Assembly (NCBI GenBank): GCA_012295275.1
Contig: CM022669.1
Coordinates: 12,958,001 to 13,022,000 of the forward strand
Source of the DNA: Chrysomallon squamiferum
Lineage: Eukaryota > Animalia > Mollusca
Direction: 5' to 3'
DNA length: 64,000 bases
The position numbers were made by a program, and so were the translations under genes. Under the pieces are notes generated by a model. That model was not told the origin of the DNA and did no database searches. It worked only from the letters and a program-made list of their open reading frames with translations. This document shows, in pieces, positions 40,429 through 56,350 of this stretch. Position 1 is the stretch's first letter; the number at the start of each line of letters is the position of its first letter.

Positions 40429-40508
40429 TATATTTTGCTGGTTGATATTTCTGGAGTTTAGATATATATATATATATAAACTCCAGAAATAACAACTAAC
40501 AAAATATA
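40429..40508. repeat. Palindrome with 32-bp arms centred on (TA)n
   Basis: TATATTTTGCTGGTTGATATTTCTGGAGTTTA vs TAAACTCCAGAAATAACAACTAACAAAATATA: 29/32 complementary. Confidence 0.9.
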
Positions 40509-41354
40509 TATCTATTTATAATCCGTTTATCTGTTATTCTTTGCAGTGTTTATCTATTTAAAAAAAACTCTGCAGTCACTAACATATAATTATGTTTTCT
40601 TTTCTATCACACATATCGACAATTGTTGCTGCATCACTGAGGAAAAAAGTAAGTAAATAAATAAATAATTAAATAAATATCTTGCTGGTATTTCCCTCGA
40701 CTTGAACGCACCAGACAGTGAACTGCATAAACATAAAATACAAGCTTGGAAAAACAAGTTACGCAAAAACTCCAGTTTGCACAATCACTAATTATTCTTA
40801 GATTTAATGTGTTATGAAACTGTATACATTATTAATAACACATACGCATTTTTGAAATATATTATCCTGGAAAATGAAAAGCTTTCGAAAATGTCGCAAG
40901 CTTGAACGCTTTTGCGTCAAACAATCTGGGAAACTGTTTGTCGAGTTTTATTCCGCGGAACGTCGTAACTTCAAAACTAATCGTAAACAAAAGCGTAAAA
41001 GGCAAAGCAGACGTAATTGCAAGCACGAAACTGACATTTGTGTGCGAAACACGTTGGTGTGTCTGTCTGTCGATGCGTTTGTTGTGGGAATCTCGTGCAG
41101 TCCAGTGGAAAACATGCACTTATGGAAAGAAAAAAATGTTTTTTAAAATCTACAGTGCACCTAAAATAAAAAAAAAAAAAAACACATTTTCTTATTAATT
41201 TTATCTCTATGTCATCTATGTCTACATAATATGTGTGTGTATGTGTGTTTATATTTATATATATATATGTATACACACTTGCACACACTTATATTTATCA
41301 ACATCCTGGGCGAATTTGTGAAATGTAATAGTGTAATTATAGTTAGATAAAAAT

Positions 41355-41570
41355 AGAGAGCCTATGTTACTCAATCTAGATAAATATGAAGTGATTTTTT
41401 TTTATATATAGTTTGCCGCTGAAAGGCAACATTTTAACATGGCACGTGATAGACTAGTTGTGGGGTAGATGTAAGGCAGGAAATGACTTAGTGTAGGTAA
41501 AGGTGAGAATCGATCCTGTTGCCTGCCTGACTTCATTCCAGCGTTCTAACCACTGAGCCATAGACCGTCC
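41355..41570 (-). mobile_element. Old tRNA-derived SINE copy (possibly Meta-domain family)
   Basis: On the minus strand: A-box TGGCTCAGTGG (41560-41550) and B-box-like GGATCGATTC (41516-41507) at tRNA-like spacing, without a foldable cloverleaf. The family assignment and 3' boundary rest on recalled similarity and are unverified. Confidence 0.7.
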
Positions 41571-41607
41571 ATATACACACCTAAATTTACAAAATTCCTT
41601 TACGTAT

Positions 41608-41644
<37 letters not shown>

Positions 41645-42936
41645 TATTTTAAAAAAAAAATACGAAAGAATAAGAAAGAAAGAATTTTGTGTACACAAAT
41701 GGCACAAGTAATTAAGTAAGTAGATACATAAACAAATAATTATGTCAATATGAATCTGTATCATTTTAAATATTTTGTATATAGGTTCATCTTCTTCGGT
41801 GGATTCATTTAATGATATCCCCATTCGTACCAGGGTTCCACAACAGATCTATGAAAAAACACACACACACACATACACACACACACGCACACACGTACAC
41901 ACACACACACACAGACGATCGTATCTATAGCAAATAAACAGAAGATTTCTTTTCGCTCGTACGTCAGTTTCCTCTAGACTTTACGACTATTAACATTTTT
42001 TTTTTTTTTTTGTCTAACATTTATTTACACAGTATTAATGTTAAAACAGACATTTAATAAAAACTTCCATTTTTTTCATGTTTTATTTTTAAAATCCTTC
42101 CAGAAATTTCCACAACTTAATAGTGCAATTTATCATGTTGCTTTCATTGACGCGCGTGTACAAATCTCAAATCGTTTTTGGCAGAAACATCTTAATTGGT
42201 ACTTAGCATTTAGCCGTAAAATTCATCACACAAACGACACCCAGACTCTTTGAACACACCTTTTCCTTTCTTTCCTTTACTTTGACTTTTACTTACGATA
42301 GTTATTTTATTTTATTTTATGTTTTTTTTATTTTTTATTTTTTATTTGTTTTTTTTAATTTAATTTAATTTTTTTTTTTTCCGTCTTCGTTGCAAAGGAC
42401 CTTAATGTTCTAAGGAATTCGATATCTTATCTTCTTTCTCTGCCACATTTGTATTTGTATTTATTTATGTATTGAGATGTACTAACAAGATACACATACG
42501 TACGGATGCGGGGACATTGTTCGTAGCAGCAACAACTTTCCCTCTGCCATTTTTACTCCGACAGGAGCTCATTTGTTTGAAATTCACAGACAGTGATGAA
42601 AACCCCCATTTCAGGAATCGTAGATCCGCGACGGATTTGCTAATGATGTTTTACGTTTTACAAAGCATCACGGTGCGTGTGTATATCATTTTCTGTCTTA
42701 TCGCTTTAATGTCAGTTCAAGAGATATGTGTTTTTAAACCTGCTAAATATTTTATTTATTTTTTTTTTTTTTTTTTTTGAAAAAAAAACTAAAATTTGAA
42801 GATTTTCATGTCTGGTGCAAAACACAAGTTTACTCGGTACAGATTCGGTTGATTTCGTTCGGAAACTTTCGTGAATACATGAAACTATTCAGCTTAAAAA
42901 AAAGTTGTCTCTTTGTGTACAGTGAAGAGAGAGAGT

Positions 42937-43022
<86 letters not shown>

Positions 43023-43214
43023 CATAATTAAGTAGTGATATCAGTACTTCGGAAAAAACTAAAAATAGAAAGTAAAACACAAAGAAGAAAATCAGAAAGA
43101 GAAATTAATTTTTTTTTTTCTTTCACAAATATCAGTTTCGTAAATTAAATATTTTTATCCACTGATCTTCGAATATTTTTTTATATTTTTTATTTTTTAT
43201 TTTTTTCCAATTTC

Positions 43215-43605
43215 GTCAACGCCATTGTTGAATGCAATTAGTTTTTCCATGTTCGGCCATTTTTCTGTTCTCTACCGTATTAATTCTAATAAAAGTCTCT
43301 GTCACCTTTTTTTGATTAATACGTATCTCGCGTTTTAGCAGAGGTCGGTGGTTTACTGTTACAAGGCGTTGTCGGGTCAAAAGACAATGCTGAAGACTAC
43401 TGAAGACTTCGTCATTTCATTAAACCTGCGTCGATATATACATAGCATTCCGGATGACGTTAATTCAAAAATTTTCAAACTGAGATTGAAAAGGAGATTA
43501 GAGAGAGAGGGAGAAAAATAGCTTTTCTGTGAAACTGATTTATTCTCAGCTAACGAATAGTGTCTGTAATTTATGGTCACGTGACCAGTCTATCTGCGCG
43601 AGAAT
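43215..43605. promoter_or_regulatory. Promoter/enhancer-like CpG-retaining island
   Basis: YY1-like CGCCATTGTT (43220) and GGCCATTTT (43255), ETS-like TTCCGG (43448), half-CRE TGACGT (43455), 14-bp palindrome TGGTCACGTGACCA (43574-43587). Confidence 0.3.
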
Positions 43606-43791
43606 TCAAGAATGGGTGTTACCTCCTTGTTTATGCCAGTTCGGGGTTTTAAAACAAACCATGTAAGAGTGAAGAATCGAAATATCAGACGAAGTTAGGT
43701 CTTACATGTAACTAAATAATCAACTATATTCTGCATGCTATTTATTTATTTATTTATTATTTTTGTTGCTGTTATTTTTTTCTTGTTCTTT

Positions 43792-43814
43792 TTATTATTA
43801 TTATTATTATTATC

Positions 43815-43846
<32 letters not shown>

Positions 43847-43898
43847 CAGTTTTTTGTTGTTGTTGTTGTTGTTGTTATTATTATTATTATTATTATTG

Positions 43899-43989
<91 letters not shown>
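43792..43989. repeat. (TTA)n/(TAG)n/(TTG)n compound microsatellite
   Basis: Directly visible. Confidence 0.95.
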
Positions 43990-43990
<1 letters not shown>

Positions 43991-44237
43991 TAAATTTATC
44001 AATAATAAAAATACAAATATTTTAGACTTAACAAAGTTCTGTATAATTTCTGATCAACCAGTAACCGAGTAACTTCGTTTTAAAATACTGGCGTTGACTT
44101 ATGTAAGTAATATCACTTCCTTTTTTATCTCATTTGGCTTTAAGGATTTTCTATAAATAAAAAATAAATAAAAGTGTCTGCCCTTTCAGCATAAAATAAT
44201 GCGATATTACAGTATTTCTTTTAAAAACTACCAGCAG

Positions 44238-44269
<32 letters not shown>

Positions 44270-44619
44270 AATAAAAAAAAAAAAAACGCATCCTACAGAT
44301 AATCTTAAATATGCCCCCAGACTTGTTAATCATAACACGAAAGATTAATATTTTGTCCTCTATGAACATGGTCTATTTTTAAACAACACAGACACACAAA
44401 GAATCATTTATACTTTACTAGACTTCATGATCAATGGAGAAGCGGAACACAAAGAACAAAAGAGACTGATGTATGTAGAAAAGTAAAGTCTCATAGTGAG
44501 ACAGACAGTAATGACGGATGGACATGCAGACAGAAGACATTTTCCTAGATTAATATAGAAAAAAAAAATGTGTCTCACTTCGGGCTTAATTTGTTGAGAA
44601 AAAGATTACAAATATCATA

Positions 44620-44765
44620 AAATCAGTGAAAAGCCATCATGTATTATTTCATTGAAAAAAACCAATATTATTTCTGTGTAAAATACTAAGTATTATCTCA
44701 GTGAAAAAAATCACAACGTACTATTTCAGTAAGAAAACCTTATGTATTATTTCAGTGAAAAAAGC
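44620..44765. repeat. ~26-bp degenerate minisatellite TATTATTTCAGTGAAAAAA..., 5-6 units
   Basis: Anchors at 44642, 44666, 44691, 44719 and 44745. Confidence 0.8.
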
Positions 44766-45404
44766 GACAACAACATAAAAAAAAAAAAAAAAAAACAATG
44801 ATAGTCCAGCAGGTGAGAGGTATATTGTGTTCTCTCTATCTAAACATTGCCGAGAATGATAATGTAAATAAATAGCGAACACAAAGATCTATAGATATAA
44901 GTGATACTAAGATTCTGTCAGATGTTTTTTTTTTTTGTGTTACTTGTAACACGAGTGAGGTAGTTTTAGTGGCATTCGTATTTTGCACAGTGATATACTT
45001 TTGATAAAGTAGTTGTTTGTGTTAGAAAGAAAACATACTCTGAAATGTGCTCATTTATTTTTTCTCCTTTAAGAAAAAGAATGGAACAGTAGTAATAGCA
45101 GTAGCAGAGTTTTAGTGTCAGTGTGTTGTACGTTTTAGTATTATCAATAATTATATTCATAATAGCATGTTGTTAGTTACTTTGCTGCTGTTATTTTTAT
45201 TTATTCTGATACAGCCTCTTCATTCTAATGCTGCTACTATTGTTACTACTACTACTATTACTACTACTACTACTACTACTACTACAAGTTCTACTACATT
45301 ACTTTTTATCAGATAGATGATTCTTCAGTTTACGCATTCATATTTATTATCTTTTGTTTAGTTTTACTTTTCTCTATGATGTTTATTTATCTATTTAAAC
45401 ATTC

Positions 45405-45595
45405 ATTCTGTCATTCATTTAGTTATCCGTGTAATTTATTTTATTTCACTAATTAATTTATTAATTAATTTACTCATTGACTCATTCATTCATATATTTA
45501 GTTGTTCGGGTAATTATTTGTTTTTACTAATTTACTAATTAATTTATTTACTCATTCATTCATTTATTTAGCTGTTCATGTAATTATTTGTTTCT
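45405..45595. repeat. ~70-bp degenerate tandem repeat, about 3 units (CTCATTCATTCAT.TATTTAG.TGTTC..GTAATTATTTGTTT)
   Basis: Units at 45481 and 45551 are nearly identical; a third partial unit lies near 45411. Confidence 0.75.
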
Positions 45596-45605
45596 TTCTA
45601 TTTAC

Positions 45606-45648
<43 letters not shown>

Positions 45649-46139
45649 TTTTGTGTACTATGCTGTTATCCTTTCTGACTAGTCTACGTGCACTAAAACA
45701 GGTTTCCGTTTAACCCTCTAGAAAGTCCACGCTATAATTTCCTCCGAACTGAAATCTAGATATCTCTGTTAAATTAACCCGAAGAGCACGCAAATGATCT
45801 CAGCGTACAGAGAATACGTTTGGGTATACGACATTGCCACTCAGGTGTATCATTTCCGCTCTCAAACAGTTTGATTTAATATATCGATCTGTCTGTCGTT
45901 ATAACAATCATTCGGAAAGGTTTGGTCTTTGAAACTAACATAATTATAGTACTACCTCTAAGAGAAAATGATATTAAATGAGTGTACGTATTGGTAAGCA
46001 GGGATTTGAGGACTTGTTATGATGGCAAAGATTTTTGATGCTGTTAAGATAGCAATATGTTAATTGATAGTGGTTTTGGTTTTTGGGTTGTTGTTTTTTT
46101 GTTTGTTGTTGTTGTTGTTGTTTTGTTTGGGGTTTTTTT

Positions 46140-48337
<2,198 letters not shown>

Positions 48338-48910
48338 CGGACACTAAGGTATCATACACCTGTATTTTCTGGAAAGAAAAAATCGTTAATCCATTCTTCT
48401 TTTCTTTTACAGTTTAAACCAGTAATCCTGTCTGTAGGATGAAATAAATCTGTCTTTTCCAGTTCATTTCTATCGCTCTAGAATCTGGTGTGTACAGAGT
48501 CTGGACTAGCCGTTCAGTTTGGTTTAAAATGTGAAATGTTGGTCACTTTTGTAAGATAAGGTGCCAGTCTGTACTTTTTGAAGATGTGGTTGCTCAGTCA
48601 GTTGTGTTCAGAGTCTGATCCGTATTACTTGTTCCAAACGGCTGAGAATGTGATAATCATCATTTCAAATGTAGTGTGATTTTGGATTCGAATGTAAGTG
48701 AAAAATGGATATCTGTATGTGTGTGTGCGTGTGTCTGTTAATGGCTTTCGTGTTCTCTTTTCTGCACTGATTAGGATGATGATGATGATGATGATGATTA
48801 TTATTATTATTATTATTTCTTCTTGTTATTTTGATTCCACATATTTTTTTTATTGAAATTAATCATTAATAAATATTTTTTTTTTTGTTCTTTTATCATT
48901 CTCAATATTT

Positions 48911-48942
<32 letters not shown>

Positions 48943-49258
48943 AAACATAAATACATAAACAAAATTATTAACTAACTAAATAATAAAATTTCCAGGTTAC
49001 GACTTCCCAGTTCTTACAATGAACCTGTAACTGATATAAATCATATTTACATGTTCATTAATTTGAGAAGGTTTATGTTTAAAATAAATAAAATAAAATC
49101 CTTAATATAGGTGTACACTCTTAATTTAATACACTTAATTTCAGTGCTGTATATTAAAGATTTTATTTTTTTACATTTAAAAAAAAAATAGAGAAAGAAA
49201 GAATGAAAAAAAGAAAGAAAGAAAGAAAGAAAGAAAAGAAAGAAAGAAAACAGCAGCG

Positions 49259-49293
<35 letters not shown>

Positions 49294-50318
49294 AGAAGAT
49301 GGTTCTGTCAAACAGTTTTAACAAGGAAAACAAAATCCAGTTACTGGTTTCTAACTAAGATAATTTTTTGTTTCTTTCTCCTAGCGTTAATGTCTGATAA
49401 TGCAAATTAATGTCAATAAACTGATATTTGAAACGTTTCACCTTGTGTGAGCCAATCTGTGCAGATAGTTAACACACATAGATGATGCTAGTTCCTTCCT
49501 TTTTTTATTTGGATATAACTTTATTTTGGAACCAAGGTCAGTTCTAAAACTTTTTTTTTTTTCAGTTATGTGATGTTGTAAAAGGGAATCAAAAAGAAGG
49601 TAGGTTTTTTTTTAAATTATTATAAAATATATATATTTTTATTTTTTTTATTTTTTTTTATTTACTGTTGTTGTTGTGTTGTTGTTGTTGTTGTTTTAAT
49701 ACATAATTCTCCAAATTATTTTTCTCTCGGATCCGATACAAGTGTCAACAAAAAAATACTCTGGGGAAATATCTTTTTTTTCATCAGCAACTCTGGAATG
49801 ATGATTAAATCTTCCACAACAAGAATGACAAGGATTTGATTTCCTATCTACGATTTGAGCTGGTGCCTCTGTTTTGCAATGTTAAAAAAAAGAAGTTGCG
49901 TAACTTATCTTGATGTAGTATATTAACGAGGTCGTTGTTTTTGTTCTTGTTGCTGTCATTGATGTTGTTGCTATTGCTGGTATTGTTGTTGTTGTTGTTG
50001 TTTAATATCCGGTATAAATAAAACAGAAAATGAAAACACTCGCTTTAACAGGTATTACAAACACAATCACTAGTATGATGTCATAACATTGTTTTCAGTA
50101 TCGTCGACTTTCGTTAATATTCACGAGTAACAGATTTGATTCTGTACATGTTTGTTTATTTTATGTTGTTTTTGTTATTATTGTTTATTATTGTTGTTGT
50201 AATTGTTTATTTCTGATGTTGGTATTTGCAAACTGTGATTCAGTCGTCACATAAATACTCACTGTTGCTGTAATTAATTATTCTATAATAGCTGTTTATC
50301 CTCGTATGACAACTGCAC

Positions 50319-50375
50319 CCGTAACTTGTTACCCGTCAAATCGATGCACTAACCACTGGTCATCAGTCCTCGCCT
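50319..50375 (-). mobile_element. Possible degraded tRNA-SINE head
   Basis: The minus strand reads TGACCAGTGGTTAG (A-box-like), followed about 30 nt later by a degenerate GGGTGCAG at the B-box position. Confidence 0.25.
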
Positions 50376-51017
50376 CTTGAGCCTTATTGTTTTGTAGAAA
50401 TAGTAGTAGTAGTAGTAGTAGTAGTAATAGTCGTAATAGCAACAGTAGCAGTAGTAGTAGTAATGGTAGTAGTTGTAATAGGAGTAGCAGTAGTAATAAT
50501 AACAGTAGTACTAGTAATAATAGTAGTAGTAGCAGTAGCAGTAATAACATTAGTGATTAAGGTAGTAACCGTTGTTGTTGTTGTTGTTGTTGTTATGGTA
50601 GTAGTGGCAGGTCCAGGAATAACAACAGAACAACAGTGCGTGATATAAGGTCTCTCACGTTACATAATCATATTGACTGACATGCTGTGTTTGATCTCGA
50701 ATAAAACTGCTCTGTGTTTATTGACCTCATCCGGCGTGGTAACTGTTGTATTGAATTCCATGCACTACTGCAGGTTTTCCAGGACGGCTAGAAACTGCAA
50801 AGTATCATGCAACAAAATCATGTGTGCTTAGCTGCATCTGCAAGCGTTAGGTAATGGTAAACACAGTTTTCTTTCTAATCAAATATAGATGTCGAATTTA
50901 AAGAATAGAAATAACCAGTTATTTAAAAAAAAAAGAAGATATGGCTAATAAACGAAAGAGAATAACTAATTAACAAACATGCACGTCTTTATAATTAATG
51001 ATAAGCATATATTGAAC

Positions 51018-51106
<89 letters not shown>

Positions 51107-51799
51107 CTGTCTCTCATATTAACAAAATTAGCTCTTTATTTAACTCTAAATATTCTGGGATCGAATCCTCGAGGCGTCGTAAACTGGGTCTAATTTAGAA
51201 ATGATATAATCATGGCAACAGAATTCTGGCATTTCATGTCTACTTGTGGCTAAATATGAATATTTGTTATTATTGCAAAGACACTCAGTACGAATATGCT
51301 GTTGTCTTAACTGAGAAACGTAAAGGTTTCTGTCGCTGTTTGTCTCAAGTAAAAGACTCCAAGTCTACCTTATCTAAATATCAATAATTATTATAATGAA
51401 GACAAATGCTTATGAATTTATTTTTCCTGGTTAAACTCACCAACCCGTTAATACTGCTTCTGAATAGGCATGCTTTACAACAAAACACACTTAAATGTTA
51501 AAGCAATCATATTCCAGTTGATGCTGATTTGTTTTCTGTTGTTGTTTTTTTTTCTTTTTTCTTTCTTCTTTCTTACACTTTTATCCCACCAGAACCAAAA
51601 AAAATTCTGTTAATATTTTTGAATTTATTAAATATATTAAATTCCAACAAGGATATTTGCCCACTTTCATAATTCACATCTCGGCATGTTTTCGTTCTCA
51701 TACACGTGTTAACAATCATCTAGAAAACAGTGGTACTAAAACCTTCACTCACTTTTCCCTGTAGGTGAATTCAGTGGATGATCTTTTGAAAACGTATAA

Positions 51800-52135
51800 A
51801 ATGCCCGCGTGTACTGATGAAGGAATTCTGGACCGACGCGCCCGGAACTCTAGGATTTCGCGCTATCTATTTCAAACTCTTCCTCGAGAGATTTACGAAA
51901 TCCTTCTCAGAACGACATGAAAAGCTTCAGCATTTCGCCCGCTGTTGTGATTAGGAAAACACGGCGGATGTCGGGCAGGTGGCAAAACAGTAGGTTAATG
52001 CGCGGTAATTCCAAATGGCGGCTGATATTCTCCCGCCACTTTTCGTAGGCGCGCGCGGATTCCCGCGCCGTTTTGTTTTTTGCGAAATGTTTTGTTGTCG
52101 AATCGGTTGGTGGGTGCAAGCCATTTATTGGTTTT
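51800..52135. promoter_or_regulatory. Most CpG/GC-rich island in the window; candidate promoter
   Basis: E2F-like TTTCGCGC (51856), TCTCCCGCCA (52029) and TTCCCGCGC (52060); YY1-like AAATGGCGGC (52013); ETS-like CCGGAA (51842); reverse CCAAT (ATTGG) near 52128. Confidence 0.4.
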
Positions 52136-54897
52136 TATTATTGTACAAAACATGTTTGTGTTAAAATTAGCGATCTAAAAGCAGTTAAAAAGAGAATTAA
52201 AAAAAAAAAAAAAAAGTCCTGTTAGATGAATTTGACAGCTGCATAAAGAGCAAATTGGTCATCATCATCATCATCATCACTTGTATTACATCATTATGAT
52301 CATTATAATGATGACGCTGTCGTTGTTGATGTTGATGAGAATGCATATGGCTACTTTTTTTTTTTTTCAAGATACTTATGTTGTTGTTGTTTCATTCCTC
52401 ATCAGTTAGAAAACGTGTTGTGGTAGTACAGAATGTTGACGATGACGAAAACAACAACGTCAGTACTAATATTAAGAAGAAAACGAATGCAAAAAAACAA
52501 CAACAACATTATTTTAAATATGCAAATAGCACAGAAGCTTGATACTTCTGATTCCTTTCGAAACCGGAATAAAAGCACACAAGAAAAAACAAAAACAAGT
52601 ATTTCTTTTATTATTTTTATTTCGTTGGTTATTATTAACTGCCAGTCTACTATTTCATAACAGAGGGGAAAACAAATACAGTGAAATGTAATAACTTCCT
52701 TACTTCAAACACTACCTCAACGAGAAAACAAGCGTTGCAGATCTAATTACAAAAACACTCAGTAAACTTGAAAAAGAAACAAAAAATTGAAAATACATTT
52801 TTTGAAAAAAAAAGAATAATAAACATTGTGAAAAAAAAAAAAAAAAAAATTTTTTTTTTTTTTTTTTTGAAATTCTCTTCATCGCTTGTAAAGAGAGAAA
52901 TGCTGATTCAAGAGTCTTGGGGGAATTAATAAAACTGAATATGACTGTTACACGATCAATGTCTCTAATAACTGTAAGTGGTTGATTTAAACTCCTCGTC
53001 TGTACTTCAAGTTATGCTTACACTACGCTGAAGACACTGATCCGCCACTGAAGTATGAGAATGTGTGATGCGTGTTTTCTGAAAATATATAAAAAGAAAG
53101 TGTACGTAATTATTTCAACCTAAAATATTACGACAAAAAGTTGTTTTTTTCGTATTATCTGTTTCCTTATTAGAAAATTGTTATTAAAAATAATTGTTTA
53201 ATAATATATTCTGCTGGATATAACTTAGCATTTGTTAATTTTCTCTTGTCTTCCGTCGTCATTTTGTTTTTTTCTGTTTTTTTCTGTTATCTTTGATCTT
53301 TGTATTACGGCACTGATTAATATTATATTATATTATATTTAGTTACTTTTACGTTATATTATCGTTCATGTGTTCTAATACATCGGTAAGTACCAGTATG
53401 TTAATTTACTAATCTTTCATTTTCTCTATCCTTCTGATATCTGTTAATTAGGTTTTAGAAGTTTGTGCCAAATTATATAAATATTTGTTATAAATTTTTC
53501 CAAAGGTTCCGAATCTAAAAAATTTCAGAAATAAGCTATCTAAAATTTTGGAATAAATCATGGTTCCTCTTTTAAAATTCCATATCTGAAATATCTAAAA
53601 GAAATTATTGCAGCTTCTAAAGATACCATAAATTAAAAATTATGATAGTTGAACTGTTGTCTCTGTGATTAAGTTTTAAATAGTACAACATGAAAAGCTG
53701 GGGTTATTTTTAAACAGAATGCGAACTTAAAATAACATGTCTGTGTTTTGTTGAGAAAATTTCGATATAATCTAATTAAAATACACTTGCCAGTAATTAT
53801 CAGAAAACATGCTACAGTATTAAATTTTATTTCTGTTTTTTGGTTTAAAGAGAAATATCAAAAAAAAGGTTTCATTGCTAGAATGATTTGCACCAATGCA
53901 ATTTACACATACACATATGCGCAATATTGCACATGCACGCATACAAACCCACATAAATACACTTATATACATAGATCCAAACCCACATAATTATTATACG
54001 CACACATACACGCAAAAGTTTACAAACAAAAATCCACGTTCATACAGGCACGCAAGCACGCACAGTTTCACACAGACACACACACACACACACACATATA
54101 TATAAACACACATGCGCGCATTAAAAAAATATTCACAGATACAGATATGTCTATACGCAAACACAAACACAAACACACACATGCATACATATATACATTT
54201 ATGCACAAATACAGGTATATATGCAGATGCATCAACATACTTACACATATAATTATAAATACTTATACATCAAACTGTGTTGTATACAAGCTGCAATGGC
54301 TACTAAGCTTGATAATGTTAAATTAGGAAATGTTTAAACTGGCAAATTCTTAAACTGCGGTTTAAATTGAAGGGTGATAGGTTTACTTTATACAGACAAA
54401 CAGTATCGTGTGTTTAACTAAGGTGAAGACAAAATGTGGGATCCAACCAAACTCACCATACTTTGGTTATTTATTGTTGTTGTCGTTGTTGTAGTGGTGG
54501 CTGTTGTGGTGGTGGTTCGTCATTATTGGTGTTGTTGTTGTTGTGGTGGTGGTGGTTGTGATGGTGGTGGTGGTGATTTCCTGAAGAATAAGAAAGAAAC
54601 AAAAAAATCAGTGAAACGTGTGGTTACTTTCTCGTAAGTACCGACTGAAATATTTAATATAAAATATTTCCAATCCAGTATTATTTTCATTTTTTTTTTT
54701 TTTTTTGGTCAAATTTACGAATACTTATAACGCCAGTGTGTATTCTTAATGGCCTGAAAGCATCCCATTAGTGTTAGGCATAATTAAAAGAATACAATAA
54801 AATATTCATGAAATCGTCTCAAACAGAATTATAGGAATCTTGTGTCAAGTCCAAGTGCGCCAGGGTTTTACTCATTCTGTTGCTTTTAACACACTTT

Positions 54898-54930
<33 letters not shown>

Positions 54931-55051
54931 CGCGTTCTTTCTTTGTCCGTTTTGAAGAAATTCACATGTTCTAAAAATTCGATTTTTTCCTCTCAAAAAA
55001 TCAATTTGATCTACTTTAATATAAACGTATACAACTTAATTTCGTTATATT

Positions 55052-55500
<449 letters not shown>

Positions 55501-55792
55501 CACACACACATTCATATATACAAGAAAAAAAGCCATAAAAGAAGAAGATACATGTAATGGATATATTAATATTTTCCTACATTAATTTCATTTCAGCTGG
55601 AAATGTGGAATTTTAAAAGCATTATTAATAAATATTTGAGCAGATCATCTGAGAAATCAAATACTGCGCTAGTGTCACAGATCGAATGTCAGTACAAACA
55701 AAACCATTATCACCACAGGAAATTACAAAACTGATTGAAACAAAGGAAAACGAGAGAAGCAAATTTCCTACACTTCCTATTGCTTTTTATTA

Positions 55793-55847
<55 letters not shown>

Positions 55848-56006
55848 AACTTCTGTTGTTGTTTTTTTCTTCTTCTTCTTCTTCTTCTTATTATTATTAT
55901 TATTGATGCTGTTGTTATTGTATGCGTTGTTGTTGTTATCACTGTCACAAACATAATTATCATCGCTATCATCGTGAACACCATCATCACCATCATCGTC
56001 AACAAA

Positions 56007-56038
<32 letters not shown>

Positions 56039-56204
56039 TAATAATAATGATAATGATAATAATAATGACTTAAAATATCTAAGATTATGTCTCTTTTTTG
56101 CATCTGCCAACTATTGTCACTACTAGATAGTGTAACACATCTACATATATTTCACACTGTTTGTTTACTCCATATATGTGTGCGTGCGTGAGTCTGTGTG
56201 TGCA

Positions 56205-56350
<146 letters not shown>

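Noticed and set aside
41500-41570. Functional tRNA gene
   Set aside because: A and B boxes are present, but there is no acceptor, anticodon or T stem pairing; better explained as a SINE head.
44956-44975. let-7 and other conserved miRNAs (also miR-1-like at ~20325, miR-34-like at ~26947, bantam-like at ~63236)
   Set aside because: Only seed-length or partial matches; the mature sequences diverge and no precursor hairpin is evident.
52053-52081. Rho-independent terminator or Helitron 3' end (GC hairpin plus T tract)
   Set aside because: Eukaryotic context with no upstream gene, and no CTRR terminus after the hairpin.
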